In this document: positions 1 to 8,722 of the stretch, one piece after another
How the letters are laid out: every line of letters starts with the position of its first letter
Position numbering within the stretch: the stretch's first letter is position 1
From: a virus
Lineage: Duplodnaviria; Caudoviricetes
Strand: one strand, 5' to 3'
Virus record (IMG/VR): IMGVR_UViG_3300030397_000347
Span: 1-46,501 of that record
Length of the DNA: 46,501 nt
The notes under the pieces: generated by a model
Databases searched by the model: none
Told to the model about the DNA's origin: nothing
Seen by the model: only the letters and a program-made list of their open reading frames with translations
Translations under genes and position numbers: made by a program

Positions 1-17
1 GTTTCCCAGTCACGATC
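1..17 (+). other. Random-amplification (Round A/B, SISPA-type) primer, library artefact
   Basis: GTTTCCCAGTCACGATC is a widely used amplification primer; exact reverse complement at the other end. Confidence 0.9.
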
Positions 18-148
18 TCTGGCCCTAATTTTCGGTGAACCTTTGTTCACTAAAATAACCAAGCACTTACCTGAACTGCAAAACACGAAAGAATTGTCAT
101 ACGTCGATCGACAGAATTGGAATTTCAGCAACCAGAGAGGCACCGCAG

Positions 149-250
149 ATGGCAGATAATTGGTGGCGTATTCTTTGGTTCATCGTGTCAATTGCCGTGA
201 TTGCGGTTTGGATTTTTGCCATTATGGAGGAATGGATTTGGCGAAAATGA
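149..250 (+). CDS. Small single-TM membrane protein (33 aa, not in ORF track)
   Basis: MADNWWRILWFIVSIAVIAVWIFAIMEEWIWRK; GAGAGG upstream; stop overlaps next ATG (ATGA). Confidence 0.6.
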   Translation: MADNWWRILWFIVSIAVIAVWIFAIMEEWIWRK

Positions 251-438
251 AATGCAAGTACTGCAAGGGTTCAGGCTACCTAGTGATCATAAATCAACCA
301 AGCATGCACGGCATTACAGATCAGGTATGCGAAGCATGGGTTGAAGGCATGCCTGATCAAAAAATCCGTTGTGTTTGCAACGAAGGAAACAACAGTGTTG
401 GTTCATCCAACTTCTATGAGGTGTTGTTAAAGGAGTAA
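247..438 (+). CDS. Small Cys-rich (zinc-ribbon-like) hypothetical protein
   Basis: Likely start MKCKYCKGSG (CxxCxGxG) coupled to the previous stop; later RCVC. Confidence 0.6.
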   Translation: MKCKYCKGSGYLVIINQPSMHGITDQVCEAWVEGMPDQKIRCVCNEGNNSVGSSNFYEVLLKE

Positions 439-444
439 GGGCAT

Positions 445-933
445 ATGGCTAGACCAAAATCATTAACCGATGAAGAGAAGAAAGCAAAAGGCACATTCCG
501 TAAGCACAAAAAACACGGACCTGTACCAACCCGCGAACCTATCAATTCTGAATTGCCAAGAAACCTAGCAGGCAACGCAGAAGCAGGTACCATGTGGCGT
601 TTTTTAATGCGTCCTAATGTCTGTGAACGTGGTTGGTTTGCAGAACATGATAAGCCACTGTTGATTATGTTTTGTCAAACGTGGGCACTGTACTGCAAAG
701 CTACTGAAGAATGTATGTCATGGGGCAACATTGATGACGATGGGAAGTTAGCACCGTGGGCACGTCAACGGCAAGCACTTGCTGATCAGCTGCTACAGCA
801 AATAAAAGTGATGGGATTGAATCCACGTGATTCAAAAGCCATCAAGATTGACGAAAGTCAAAAGCAAGTCAACCAAGGCAAACCCGCGTTAACCCGTCCC
901 CAAATATTTACCCCACCACCAGAGGCATCATGA
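445..933 (+). CDS. terS: Terminase small subunit (P27-like)
   Basis: MARPKS..KKAKGTFR N-terminus, D..LL..FCQTW helix, MGLNPRD C-terminal motif; AAGGAG RBS; upstream of terL. Confidence 0.85.
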   Translation: MARPKSLTDEEKKAKGTFRKHKKHGPVPTREPINSELPRNLAGNAEAGTMWRFLMRPNVCERGWFAEHDKPLLIMFCQTWALYCKATEECMSWGNIDDDGKLAPWARQRQALADQLLQQIKVMGLNPRDSKAIKIDESQKQVNQGKPALTRPQIFTPPPEAS

Positions 934-1187
934 TGGCAAAGAAAAATTGTGTGATAGGTTGTTGCCAAGCGTTAATGTTGGCGATTGAAGAGGCGTCATT
1001 AAACCCTGCAACAATGACCTATTCCAAAGTAATGGAACTAGCCGAGCACTACACACGTAACTACAGCCAAGAAACTAGAGATAAAGCGTGTGCGGTGATT
1101 AATGTCGGCACTATATGTTCAATGGTGCATGAAATTACAGAAGAATCAATAGCTATAAACGCATTCGGAAGACATCGGACCCGTTAA
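930..1187 (+). CDS. Hypothetical protein
   Basis: ORF track; ATGA overlap with terS stop. Confidence 0.6.
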   Translation: MMAKKNCVIGCCQALMLAIEEASLNPATMTYSKVMELAEHYTRNYSQETRDKACAVINVGTICSMVHEITEESIAINAFGRHRTR

Positions 1188-1189
1188 CT

Positions 1190-1366
1190 ATGACTAGTGA
1201 ACGAATTGAAGAGTTAGCAGACTTTGCCGAAGGTGAACTGACCACAATGCCCCCGGTAAACACAATCGAAGGGGCAATGAGACATCACAGTGCAGTCAAA
1301 GATATAGCCAAAATTCTACGGTGGATGGTTGATGATGACGACATCCGAGAACTTGACGAAATCTGA
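1190..1366 (+). CDS. Hypothetical protein (58 aa, not in ORF track)
   Basis: MTSERIEELADFAEGEL...DDDDIRELDEI read by hand; starts just after previous stop. Confidence 0.55.
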   Translation: MTSERIEELADFAEGELTTMPPVNTIEGAMRHHSAVKDIAKILRWMVDDDDIRELDEI

Positions 1367-1454
1367 ACTAGGCGGATGTCTGTTAATGCCGGTTGTGTAT
1401 TTCCTAATGTATTTTTTGCTGTGGGTATTAAGTGTTGTATTCGCCAACCGCTGA
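1332..1454 (+). CDS. Possible small membrane peptide (40 aa)
   Basis: MMTTSENLTKSELGGCLLMPVVYFLMYFLLWVLSVVFANR; fills the gap before terL. Confidence 0.45.
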   Translation: MMTTSENLTKSELGGCLLMPVVYFLMYFLLWVLSVVFANR

Positions 1455-1464
1455 TACAAAAGAA

Positions 1465-3072
1465 ATGATTCGCAACAATATCGATGAATACGCTGTTGAA
1501 AACTTTAACTGTCAGTGGTTCCCTGAATGGGCTGAGCATTTTCGTGAAGTGTGCGAACACTATTTTCAGTTGTGGGAAGGTCACAACGCAGGTAAGCCAA
1601 TGCGGTTGTTGGACTGGCAACGTGAATGCACTGATCATATTTTCGGTTGGGGTATTTGGTCGAAAGAATACAACCAATGGATTAGGCGATTCAGAATCGC
1701 TACCTGTTTCGTTCCGAAGAAGAACGGTAAGAGTCCACTAGCCGCTGCTGTAGGCAACTACTTACTTTGTTTTGACGATGAACCAGGACAACAGGTGTGG
1801 TCAGCAGCGAAAGACGGCAAGCAAGCACAGATTGTGCATCGGCACGCCCAGAACATGGCCAAAGCATCACCGCAGATGCAGGATATGGGCATCAAGGTGA
1901 ATGGTTCTACGGGTAGAATTCTGTTTCCAGCCAACAACAGTTTCTATGGCACGATGGCAGCTGACAACATTCAATCACAGGAAGGGTTAAATGGCAGTTG
2001 CATTTTAGATGAAATCCATGTTGTGCCTGATAAACTTGCCGTGGTGCTTGACGGTATGGGTGCATCACGTCGAAATCCGTTGCGGTTTGAAATCTCAACA
2101 GCTGGTGACAACCCATACGGCTATGGTGGCAAGCAATACGAATACGGCAAAGCGGTTAACGAAGGTCTGATAAAAGACATCCACCACTTTTTCCGTGTGT
2201 GGGAAGTGCCCCAAGACACAAAGGATGAAGCCCTAGTCAATGATGAAAAGTTGTGGGAATTAGCCAACCCAGCATTAGGAATCACAGTCAGCCGAGATCA
2301 ATTCAAGTCATCCATGCTACGTGCACGCCGATCGGTCACCGATTGGGCCAATTTCAAACAACGCAGATTCGGAATTTGGCAGAAAAGTGCCAACCCATTC
2401 TTAAAAGCACACGATTGGGCAGCATGCACAGCAAAATATAGCTTTGAAGACTTCTATGGGCAGGGTGGCGGCATAGGGCTTGACATGGCACGTAACCACG
2501 ATTTTGCAGCGGCTACCTTTGTGGTAAGATTTGGCGAAGGGTGGCGGATTTGGCCCATTATATGGGCTACAGAATCCGGCATTGCCGCAGTGGGTGCCCA
2601 GGTGTCGAGAATTTATGATTGGTTGGCACAAGGTCAACTGATTCAAGTGGAAGGTGCCACAATCACAAATGAGGATATCGTTACAACACTGGACCCGTTG
2701 ATTGAATTGGTAGGTACGCGGTTAATGGCTTATGATCCCACGTTTGCTACCGATATCGTCAACAGCCTACATAAAAAACACCGTAGGTTAATTGCTGGTG
2801 AGTTTAAACAGACTTTTCAAATGTATGCCCACCCAACGGCAGAATTTGAAAGTGCGGTAATTGATCACAACTTACAACACCCTGACAACGAAGTTTTGAA
2901 CTGGATGGCGGGGCATTGTTTGGCTAAGGAAGTAGCAGGGAAAAAGAAACCCCTAAAGGATGAAAACGCACCGTGGCAAAAAATTGACGCAGTACAAGCG
3001 TCAGTGATGGGCCTGCATGCGTGCTGCCAAGCACCACAAATACCAACCAATATTAGAGTGGTGGCAGTATGA
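1465..3072 (+). CDS. terL: Terminase large subunit (HK97-like, Terminase_1)
   Basis: VPKKNGKS Walker A, ILDEIH Walker B, ISTAG coupling motif, IGLD and KIDAVQA nuclease aspartates; ATG 1465 preferred over track start 1432. Confidence 0.95.
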   Translation: MIRNNIDEYAVENFNCQWFPEWAEHFREVCEHYFQLWEGHNAGKPMRLLDWQRECTDHIFGWGIWSKEYNQWIRRFRIATCFVPKKNGKSPLAAAVGNYLLCFDDEPGQQVWSAAKDGKQAQIVHRHAQNMAKASPQMQDMGIKVNGSTGRILFPANNSFYGTMAADNIQSQEGLNGSCILDEIHVVPDKLAVVLDGMGASRRNPLRFEISTAGDNPYGYGGKQYEYGKAVNEGLIKDIHHFFRVWEVPQDTKDEALVNDEKLWELANPALGITVSRDQFKSSMLRARRSVTDWANFKQRRFGIWQKSANPFLKAHDWAACTAKYSFEDFYGQGGGIGLDMARNHDFAAATFVVRFGEGWRIWPIIWATESGIAAVGAQVSRIYDWLAQGQLIQVEGATITNEDIVTTLDPLIELVGTRLMAYDPTFATDIVNSLHKKHRRLIAGEFKQTFQMYAHPTAEFESAVIDHNLQHPDNEVLNWMAGHCLAKEVAGKKKPLKDENAPWQKIDAVQASVMGLHACCQAPQIPTNIRVVAV

Positions 3073-4748
3073 ACTACACACATTCAATTGACACAACGTC
3101 AATTGTTGACTTCGACGTTAAAAACCACACGTGCAAGATGGAATCAACTTCTAATCTTCGCACCATGTCTGATAGCCTACGCAGAATTCTCGGCATCACT
3201 GAAAATGAAGGTGACCACGCAGGGGTTGAAGTCACACCTGCAACTGCGTTGACACAGCCTGCGGTTTGGCAGTGTGTGAACAAGATTGCAGGCATTGTTG
3301 CATCAGTACCACTACAAGTGCACCGCAACAAAGAGGGTGGTGGGAGCGACGTTGATAAAAAACATGACCAGTATCGAATCCTAAGACGAAAACCGAACAA
3401 GCTACAGACTTCGTATGACTGGAAACGTCAGGTGATGTTTCACGCATTGCTTTACGGTAACCATGTATCATTCATCAAGCGTAACAGTCAAGGCAGACCA
3501 ATAGAGCTGGTACCGTTAAGCCCGAAATCTACAGGGCTGTTCGTAGGTGAAGACAAACGGTTGATGTACGTAACAGCGGTTAAGGGGTGGGAGCACACAG
3601 GGCCAAAAGGTAGTGGGCTTGCAAAGGTATTCCCTGACAATGTGGTACACATCAAAGGGTTGTCAGATGACGGGTTGTGGGGTCTACCTGCAATTGAAAA
3701 ACTAGCAGGCAGCGTGGGTGTTGCTGTTGCTGCACGCCGATTCGGTGCACGATTCTTTGGGAAGGGTGCACGCCCTGGTGGGGTTCTAAAACTGCCACCC
3801 GGTATGAAGGAAGAGGAAGCTGAAAAGTTTATTACACAGTTTAAGGAACAGTACGAAAGCCTGACCAACAGTCAGAAGGTGATGGTGCTTTCAGACCCTG
3901 AAATTGATTTGCAGTTGTACCACTACAACAATGAACAAAGCCAATTCAATGACACACGGATTTTTGAAGACCGGCAGGTAGCTACATTTTTCGGCCTACC
4001 AGCATCAACAGTTAATGTGCCTGACAGCGTGTCATTCAATAGCCTTGAAATGGCCAAACAGGCAGAATTGGATGCAGTAGAACCACACTTCTGCAATATC
4101 GAACATGAATGTGACGAAAAACTATTCACCACACAACAAAAGACAGAAGAAACACACAACGTGCACTTCCGCAGGGAAGCGATGAAAAGAGTTGACCATC
4201 GCACCCACATTGAAACTGCGGTGATGGAACTGAACAACGGTGGGCTGACTGAAAACGAGTATCGAGCGTTACGAAACCGCCCACCAGTTGAAGATGGTGA
4301 CCGATTACGCAAACCCAAAAACATCGGGTACACAGATGAACCGGACCAACCAAATGACGGAGCGAACCAAGTACCAACTGAAGACGATCAAGATGATATC
4401 AACACCGCAGCACAGAACGTTTTTGCAGATATGGCACGCCGCGAAGTGTTCAGGGTCATTTCAAAGGCAGAAAAAGCAGTCAAGACTAGTGAAGGTTTTG
4501 TATCCTTCGTTGACCACGATATCAAAACCCTGCGGCTAGATTTTATTGAAAACATGACCGACATTTGCCAGATTGTCAGGTGCTGCCCTGCTACTTTGGC
4601 GGATACATTTTTTGATGAGACGGCAAACGAGCTGTCAGCCATCGTCAATAAGTCAGGGCTAACCCAGGAAGAGGCAACACGGCAGGCCGCCAACGTTTTA
4701 GATTCCTACCGTGGCAACAACTACATTAGAAGGTTAACAAGACAATGA
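3069..4748 (+). CDS. Portal protein, HK97 family, with C-terminal extension
   Basis: AVWQCVNKIAG, KPNKLQT, VVHIKG..DGLWG, FFGKGARPGGVL, NEYRAL motifs; follows terL. Confidence 0.95.
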   Translation: MNYTHSIDTTSIVDFDVKNHTCKMESTSNLRTMSDSLRRILGITENEGDHAGVEVTPATALTQPAVWQCVNKIAGIVASVPLQVHRNKEGGGSDVDKKHDQYRILRRKPNKLQTSYDWKRQVMFHALLYGNHVSFIKRNSQGRPIELVPLSPKSTGLFVGEDKRLMYVTAVKGWEHTGPKGSGLAKVFPDNVVHIKGLSDDGLWGLPAIEKLAGSVGVAVAARRFGARFFGKGARPGGVLKLPPGMKEEEAEKFITQFKEQYESLTNSQKVMVLSDPEIDLQLYHYNNEQSQFNDTRIFEDRQVATFFGLPASTVNVPDSVSFNSLEMAKQAELDAVEPHFCNIEHECDEKLFTTQQKTEETHNVHFRREAMKRVDHRTHIETAVMELNNGGLTENEYRALRNRPPVEDGDRLRKPKNIGYTDEPDQPNDGANQVPTEDDQDDINTAAQNVFADMARREVFRVISKAEKAVKTSEGFVSFVDHDIKTLRLDFIENMTDICQIVRCCPATLADTFFDETANELSAIVNKSGLTQEEATRQAANVLDSYRGNNYIRRLTRQ

Positions 4749-5464
4749 AAGAAATTCTAATCTATGGTGAGATCGTTAGCGAAGACGTTAGCGAATGGTG
4801 GCCCGATGCTGTATCGCCAAAACAGATTTATGACGCATTGCAGGAAGCAGGGGGCGAAGACGTTCTATTACGCTTCAACTCACCTGGCGGCAGTGCATCG
4901 GCGGGGGTGGCAATCTGTAACCTGTTGAAGGATTACACAGGCGATTCGATCGGACGTGTTGACGGCATTGCAGCTAGTGCAGCATCAGTGGTGTTGATGG
5001 GCTGCAACACAGCTGAGATGGCATCAAACAGTGCATTGATGATTCACGCAGCATCCTACTTTCTGTATGGTCAGCTGAATGCTAATGACCTGCGGCAGTA
5101 TGCTACCCAGCTAGATAACTTTGACCAAAGGCTAGCAGGAACCTACGCGAAAAAAAGCGGTGATAAAACAGCTGATGACTTTCTTGAAATGATGGCGGTT
5201 GATACATACCTAACAGCAGATGAAGCCAAAGAATTGGGTTTGATTGACAGCATTACGGACGAATCAGAAGCTGAAATTCACATCCGTCAGGCAGTTGCCA
5301 GCACGGTTAATATGGAAGGCATGCCCAGTGAAGTGGCGGCACGGGTTGTGATTGATGCACCAAAAGCCAAAAAAGGCAAAATGCAAGATCACGTTGAAAA
5401 AACCCGAAAAGTGCCGCAAATTTCCACACGCACAGCGTTAACTGCATCGCGTTTTGGGCTGTAA
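4745..5464 (+). CDS. ClpP-like prohead maturation protease
   Basis: FNSPGG, DGIAASAASV, LMIH, TYLTADEAKELGLID. Confidence 0.93.
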   Translation: MKEILIYGEIVSEDVSEWWPDAVSPKQIYDALQEAGGEDVLLRFNSPGGSASAGVAICNLLKDYTGDSIGRVDGIAASAASVVLMGCNTAEMASNSALMIHAASYFLYGQLNANDLRQYATQLDNFDQRLAGTYAKKSGDKTADDFLEMMAVDTYLTADEAKELGLIDSITDESEAEIHIRQAVASTVNMEGMPSEVAARVVIDAPKAKKGKMQDHVEKTRKVPQISTRTALTASRFGL

Positions 5465-5468
5465 GTGC

Positions 5469-5496
5469 TTGACACAGTCTAACTGAACGTTAGATT
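5469..5496 (+). promoter_or_regulatory. Sigma70-like promoter upstream of capsid gene
   Basis: TTGACA-16 nt-TAGATT in the intergenic gap. Confidence 0.6.
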
Positions 5497-5616
5497 ACGA
5501 GAATTAGAGGGGTTTGGCCCCGTTCTGTTGGTTTCGCCAACTGTTTGTGTATCCGTTTACGGGCACCAGTTGGCGTCATGCCTAGGTTGCCCACATTTGA
5601 CATGGGAAACCGAAAC

Positions 5617-7101
5617 ATGCCTAGCGTACAAGAAGCCTTTGAAGCTGCCGCTAATGGTCAGGAATATGGAATGACCGAATGGCAGGAAGCACGCAGCCAT
5701 CACCTAACCGAATACGGTGCTGAGCAACGCAACCGTGATGAACTAGTTGCAAAAGCACGGAAATATCGTGAGGATTGCGACGATAAAAATCAGGAAGACA
5801 TCACTTTCAACGAAGGTACGTGGGCACAGATTTGTGCCGACATTGAGCAATCAAATATCGAACTGAAAAAACGCGGCACCGATTACGATCGAGCGTCGGC
5901 TGAGGTTGATCGACTCGGACGGTTGGAAAGTGGGCGAGTGCTGACAGTCGGCACGGATGGCGATGCTTTGATGGGGGAAGAATTAACAAGCTTCCCCGAA
6001 AATGGCATTTATAACGCACAGCAACCGCCAATGGTTCGCGGCGGTTCGATGGATCAGTACATGCAACTGTTCCCGGAGGCGTTCAAGAAAGACATGGGTG
6101 GGCAGACCGTTGACATGTCTGCTATGAGCTACCGCAAGGCATTCCACGCTTACGCATCCGCGTACCACAAAAATCGTGTCGGCCCTGAAGTGATGAACGC
6201 TTTAGTGCCGTTTGGCGATTCAGGCGAAAACTATCTTTACGCACCCCCGCAACTACTGTCGTTGTTCTTGCGGTCGTGTGACGTGATGACCTTTGTTCGT
6301 GGTCTGTCCACAGTCATCACTGCACCCAACGTGGAGAATACCGGCATTCGAAAACGAACTAAAAAAACGTCTTCGTTTGCATGGGGTTGTGAGTGTAAGA
6401 AACCTACGGCAGATGAACCGGGATTTGGCCTGCGTACCATGCAGCCACACCCTTATTCAATGTCGTCATGCCTGTGCCGTGCATTGCTGCGGCGAACTAC
6501 GTTCAATTTAGAAGCGTTCATTGCCGATGAACTTGCACGCAACGCAAGTGAGGAGCAAGAGAATGCATTCTTGAACGGTGACGGTGTCAACAAACCACTA
6601 GGCGTTTTCACGCCATCGGATGACGGGGTTACCTTGGCAAGCGATGTGGAAACGCAATCAGTTGGTGTATTGACAGCAGATGACCTGATTTACACGTGGA
6701 TGAAAATGCCACAATGCCGCCGAGCATCTAACGTGACCAACACGCAATCACAGACCGAAGGGCCTGTGTGGATCATGCACGGTGATTGGCTGACACAGAT
6801 CATGTTGCTTAAATCTGGTGACGGTCAATACATTTGGCGTCCATACATTCGCGATGGTTACCCGTCACAGTTGCTAGGACGATCAGTTTACGAATCGGAA
6901 CTAGCACCTAACGGCACATCATCCGGCGATTATGTTTTGGCTCTGGCCGATATGTCGGATTACTACATCGTTGACGGCCCACGTTTGGGCCTTGAACGCG
7001 ATGATGACATTTTTACCGATCAATCATGTTGGGTTGGTCGTGGCTACGTAGACGGTGCACCTATCCAAGAAGAAAGCTTCAAGCGGCTAAAACTTCAGTA
7101 G
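5617..7101 (+). CDS. Major capsid protein, HK97 fold, with N-terminal delta-like domain
   Basis: FNLEAFIADELAR, AFLNGDGVNKPLG, LKSGDGQYIW, LLGRSV, ADMSDYYIVD; start at 5617 (or 5602) preferred over track 5545. Confidence 0.93.
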   Translation: MPSVQEAFEAAANGQEYGMTEWQEARSHHLTEYGAEQRNRDELVAKARKYREDCDDKNQEDITFNEGTWAQICADIEQSNIELKKRGTDYDRASAEVDRLGRLESGRVLTVGTDGDALMGEELTSFPENGIYNAQQPPMVRGGSMDQYMQLFPEAFKKDMGGQTVDMSAMSYRKAFHAYASAYHKNRVGPEVMNALVPFGDSGENYLYAPPQLLSLFLRSCDVMTFVRGLSTVITAPNVENTGIRKRTKKTSSFAWGCECKKPTADEPGFGLRTMQPHPYSMSSCLCRALLRRTTFNLEAFIADELARNASEEQENAFLNGDGVNKPLGVFTPSDDGVTLASDVETQSVGVLTADDLIYTWMKMPQCRRASNVTNTQSQTEGPVWIMHGDWLTQIMLLKSGDGQYIWRPYIRDGYPSQLLGRSVYESELAPNGTSSGDYVLALADMSDYYIVDGPRLGLERDDDIFTDQSCWVGRGYVDGAPIQEESFKRLKLQ

Positions 7102-7143
7102 GTCTAGCCTTTTTTCGATAACCCAAAAACGGGAACCATAACA

Positions 7144-7605
7144 ATGATGCAAGGAAATTGGCTTAGCGAGCTGGAAATTCGGCAGAATGGTGCCGCCCAA
7201 CCAGCGAGTGGCCCCGCAACGTTTGCCTTGGTTGAAGCCAAGTGTCGTGACATGCTTGTATTGATCAACTTCGACAATGCAGGTGTTGGCAACAATATTG
7301 ACGAAATCGCTTTAGGTGATGAGTCTGACGGATCTGATGCAACTGCGTTGGATCTAACAGGCATTCTTGATGCTGGTGGTGCACCTGCAACCGATGGTAT
7401 TGGAACCACCACTAACTTTGCGGTTTTGCTAAAGAACGTGTGCCGTAAGTATGTGCGTGTAACGGCAGTGGGTGCGTCCGGTAATGTTCGCATGCTGACT
7501 GCTCAAGTAAGTTGTCGAAATGCACCACGTACGAATGATAACGCAGAAACGGGTGGACCTGCCGAACAAAAGGCGTTCACCGTACAATGCACCTGCCCTG
7601 AGTAG
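7144..7605 (+). CDS. Putative capsid decoration/cement protein
   Basis: Directly after MCP and before a terminator; beta-rich with RKYVRVT motif. Confidence 0.55.
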   Translation: MMQGNWLSELEIRQNGAAQPASGPATFALVEAKCRDMLVLINFDNAGVGNNIDEIALGDESDGSDATALDLTGILDAGGAPATDGIGTTTNFAVLLKNVCRKYVRVTAVGASGNVRMLTAQVSCRNAPRTNDNAETGGPAEQKAFTVQCTCPE

Positions 7606-7624
7606 TGGGTGTTTGTTCTCTCGG

Positions 7625-7666
7625 CCCTATCCCGGTTGGTTCACGGTCTACCGGGGTAGGGTTTTA
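7625..7666 (+). terminator. Intrinsic terminator
   Basis: CCCTATCCCGGT...ACCGGGGTAGGG followed by TTTTA. Confidence 0.7.
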
Positions 7667-7685
7667 TTCCTTGAAAGGGCATGAC

Positions 7686-7877
7686 ATGGAAATCAAAGGA
7701 CTAAACGGTAGACTTCTTGACCCTGACGAAATGGTGATTGTTAGGGATCGACACACAGGCAGACCAGTTACGAAAAAAATATCCGACCTAAAAGCCGATG
7801 AGGTAGCCGAAAATGAATCAGCCGAACCTGCTACTGAAACGGACGATGGAACCGGACCTGACCAAGATATCATTTGA
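7686..7877 (+). CDS. Small acidic hypothetical protein
   Basis: MEIKGLNG start after GAAAGG; the track's upstream extension runs through the terminator. Confidence 0.6.
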   Translation: MEIKGLNGRLLDPDEMVIVRDRHTGRPVTKKISDLKADEVAENESAEPATETDDGTGPDQDII

Positions 7878-8391
7878 CCATGTACGACAAGCAATCAATG
7901 ATATAGGCGATTGCGACGGGCAAAGGGCACTGCATCTAACAACGCTGATCGAAGCAGCACACGCTTACCTAGAAGCCCACACGAAACGGTCAATTCTAAC
8001 TCAAGCTTGGGAACTAACGATAACTGCACCGTCCGAAACGGTGCAGCTACCCCGTGGACCTGTAACCGAAGTGACCCATGTAGAGCACGCAACCGGGAAC
8101 GGTGAGTGTTGGCAAAAATTGCCGTATTCAGATTGGGAATATTCGGAAGGTTGCTTGTGGCTTCGCGGGGATGCTACATACCCATGCGGTGCAAAACCAC
8201 GATTGCGTGTTTTCTATGTTGCTGGTGCAGCTGAGCTAGAGCGGATGGAATTTCTAGCATTATCAATGTTGGTAGGTCATTGGGATTACAACCGCATTGC
8301 CACCAGTGACATTAAACAGCATACAGTGCCGTTAGGGTTTGAAGGTGTTGTCAGTATTCTGAGAAACAGGTATCTACATAGTGCGGTATAA
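7813..8391 (+). CDS. Head-tail connector (HK97 gp6 / SPP1 gp15-like)
   Basis: LIEAAHAYLEAHTKRSILTQAW, LPRGPV, MLVGHWDYNR, VPLG. Confidence 0.88.
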   Translation: MNQPNLLLKRTMEPDLTKISFDHVRQAINDIGDCDGQRALHLTTLIEAAHAYLEAHTKRSILTQAWELTITAPSETVQLPRGPVTEVTHVEHATGNGECWQKLPYSDWEYSEGCLWLRGDATYPCGAKPRLRVFYVAGAAELERMEFLALSMLVGHWDYNRIATSDIKQHTVPLGFEGVVSILRNRYLHSAV

Positions 8392-8722
8392 ACTAACCCA
8401 CCCAAACAAAATGCGGCACACTGTGACCTACCAGCGAAACAAAGCCGCAGGGCTTGATGGTTACGGTCAACCAAATGAGGATTGGCAATCTATCGTTAAA
8501 GCTAGAGCCAGAATCCAAACGCTGACAGGTGCAGAAATTGAAACCGCAAATAAGCACCACGCAGAAGCCACACATGTGATGACGCACAGATTCACAAGCA
8601 AGATTAGTGTGCGTGACCGAATAAATTTTTCAGGTAGATTATTTATGGTGCTGCATATAGATAACTATGAGCAGTTGAACCAAGAGCAACGTGTGTTGTG
8701 TGTTGAACAGGTGAAAACATGA
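8381..8722 (+). CDS. Head closure protein (SPP1 gp16-like)
   Basis: MRHTVTYQ, DGYGQ..W, ARIQ...G.E, DRINFSGRLF, LCVE. Confidence 0.88.
   Translation: MRYKLTHPNKMRHTVTYQRNKAAGLDGYGQPNEDWQSIVKARARIQTLTGAEIETANKHHAEATHVMTHRFTSKISVRDRINFSGRLFMVLHIDNYEQLNQEQRVLCVEQVKT

Noticed and set aside
1-18. Perfect terminal inverted repeat with 46484-46501 suggesting a transposon or protein-primed genome
   Set aside because: 17 of the 18 nt are a known amplification primer; no transposase or protein-primed family B polymerase is present
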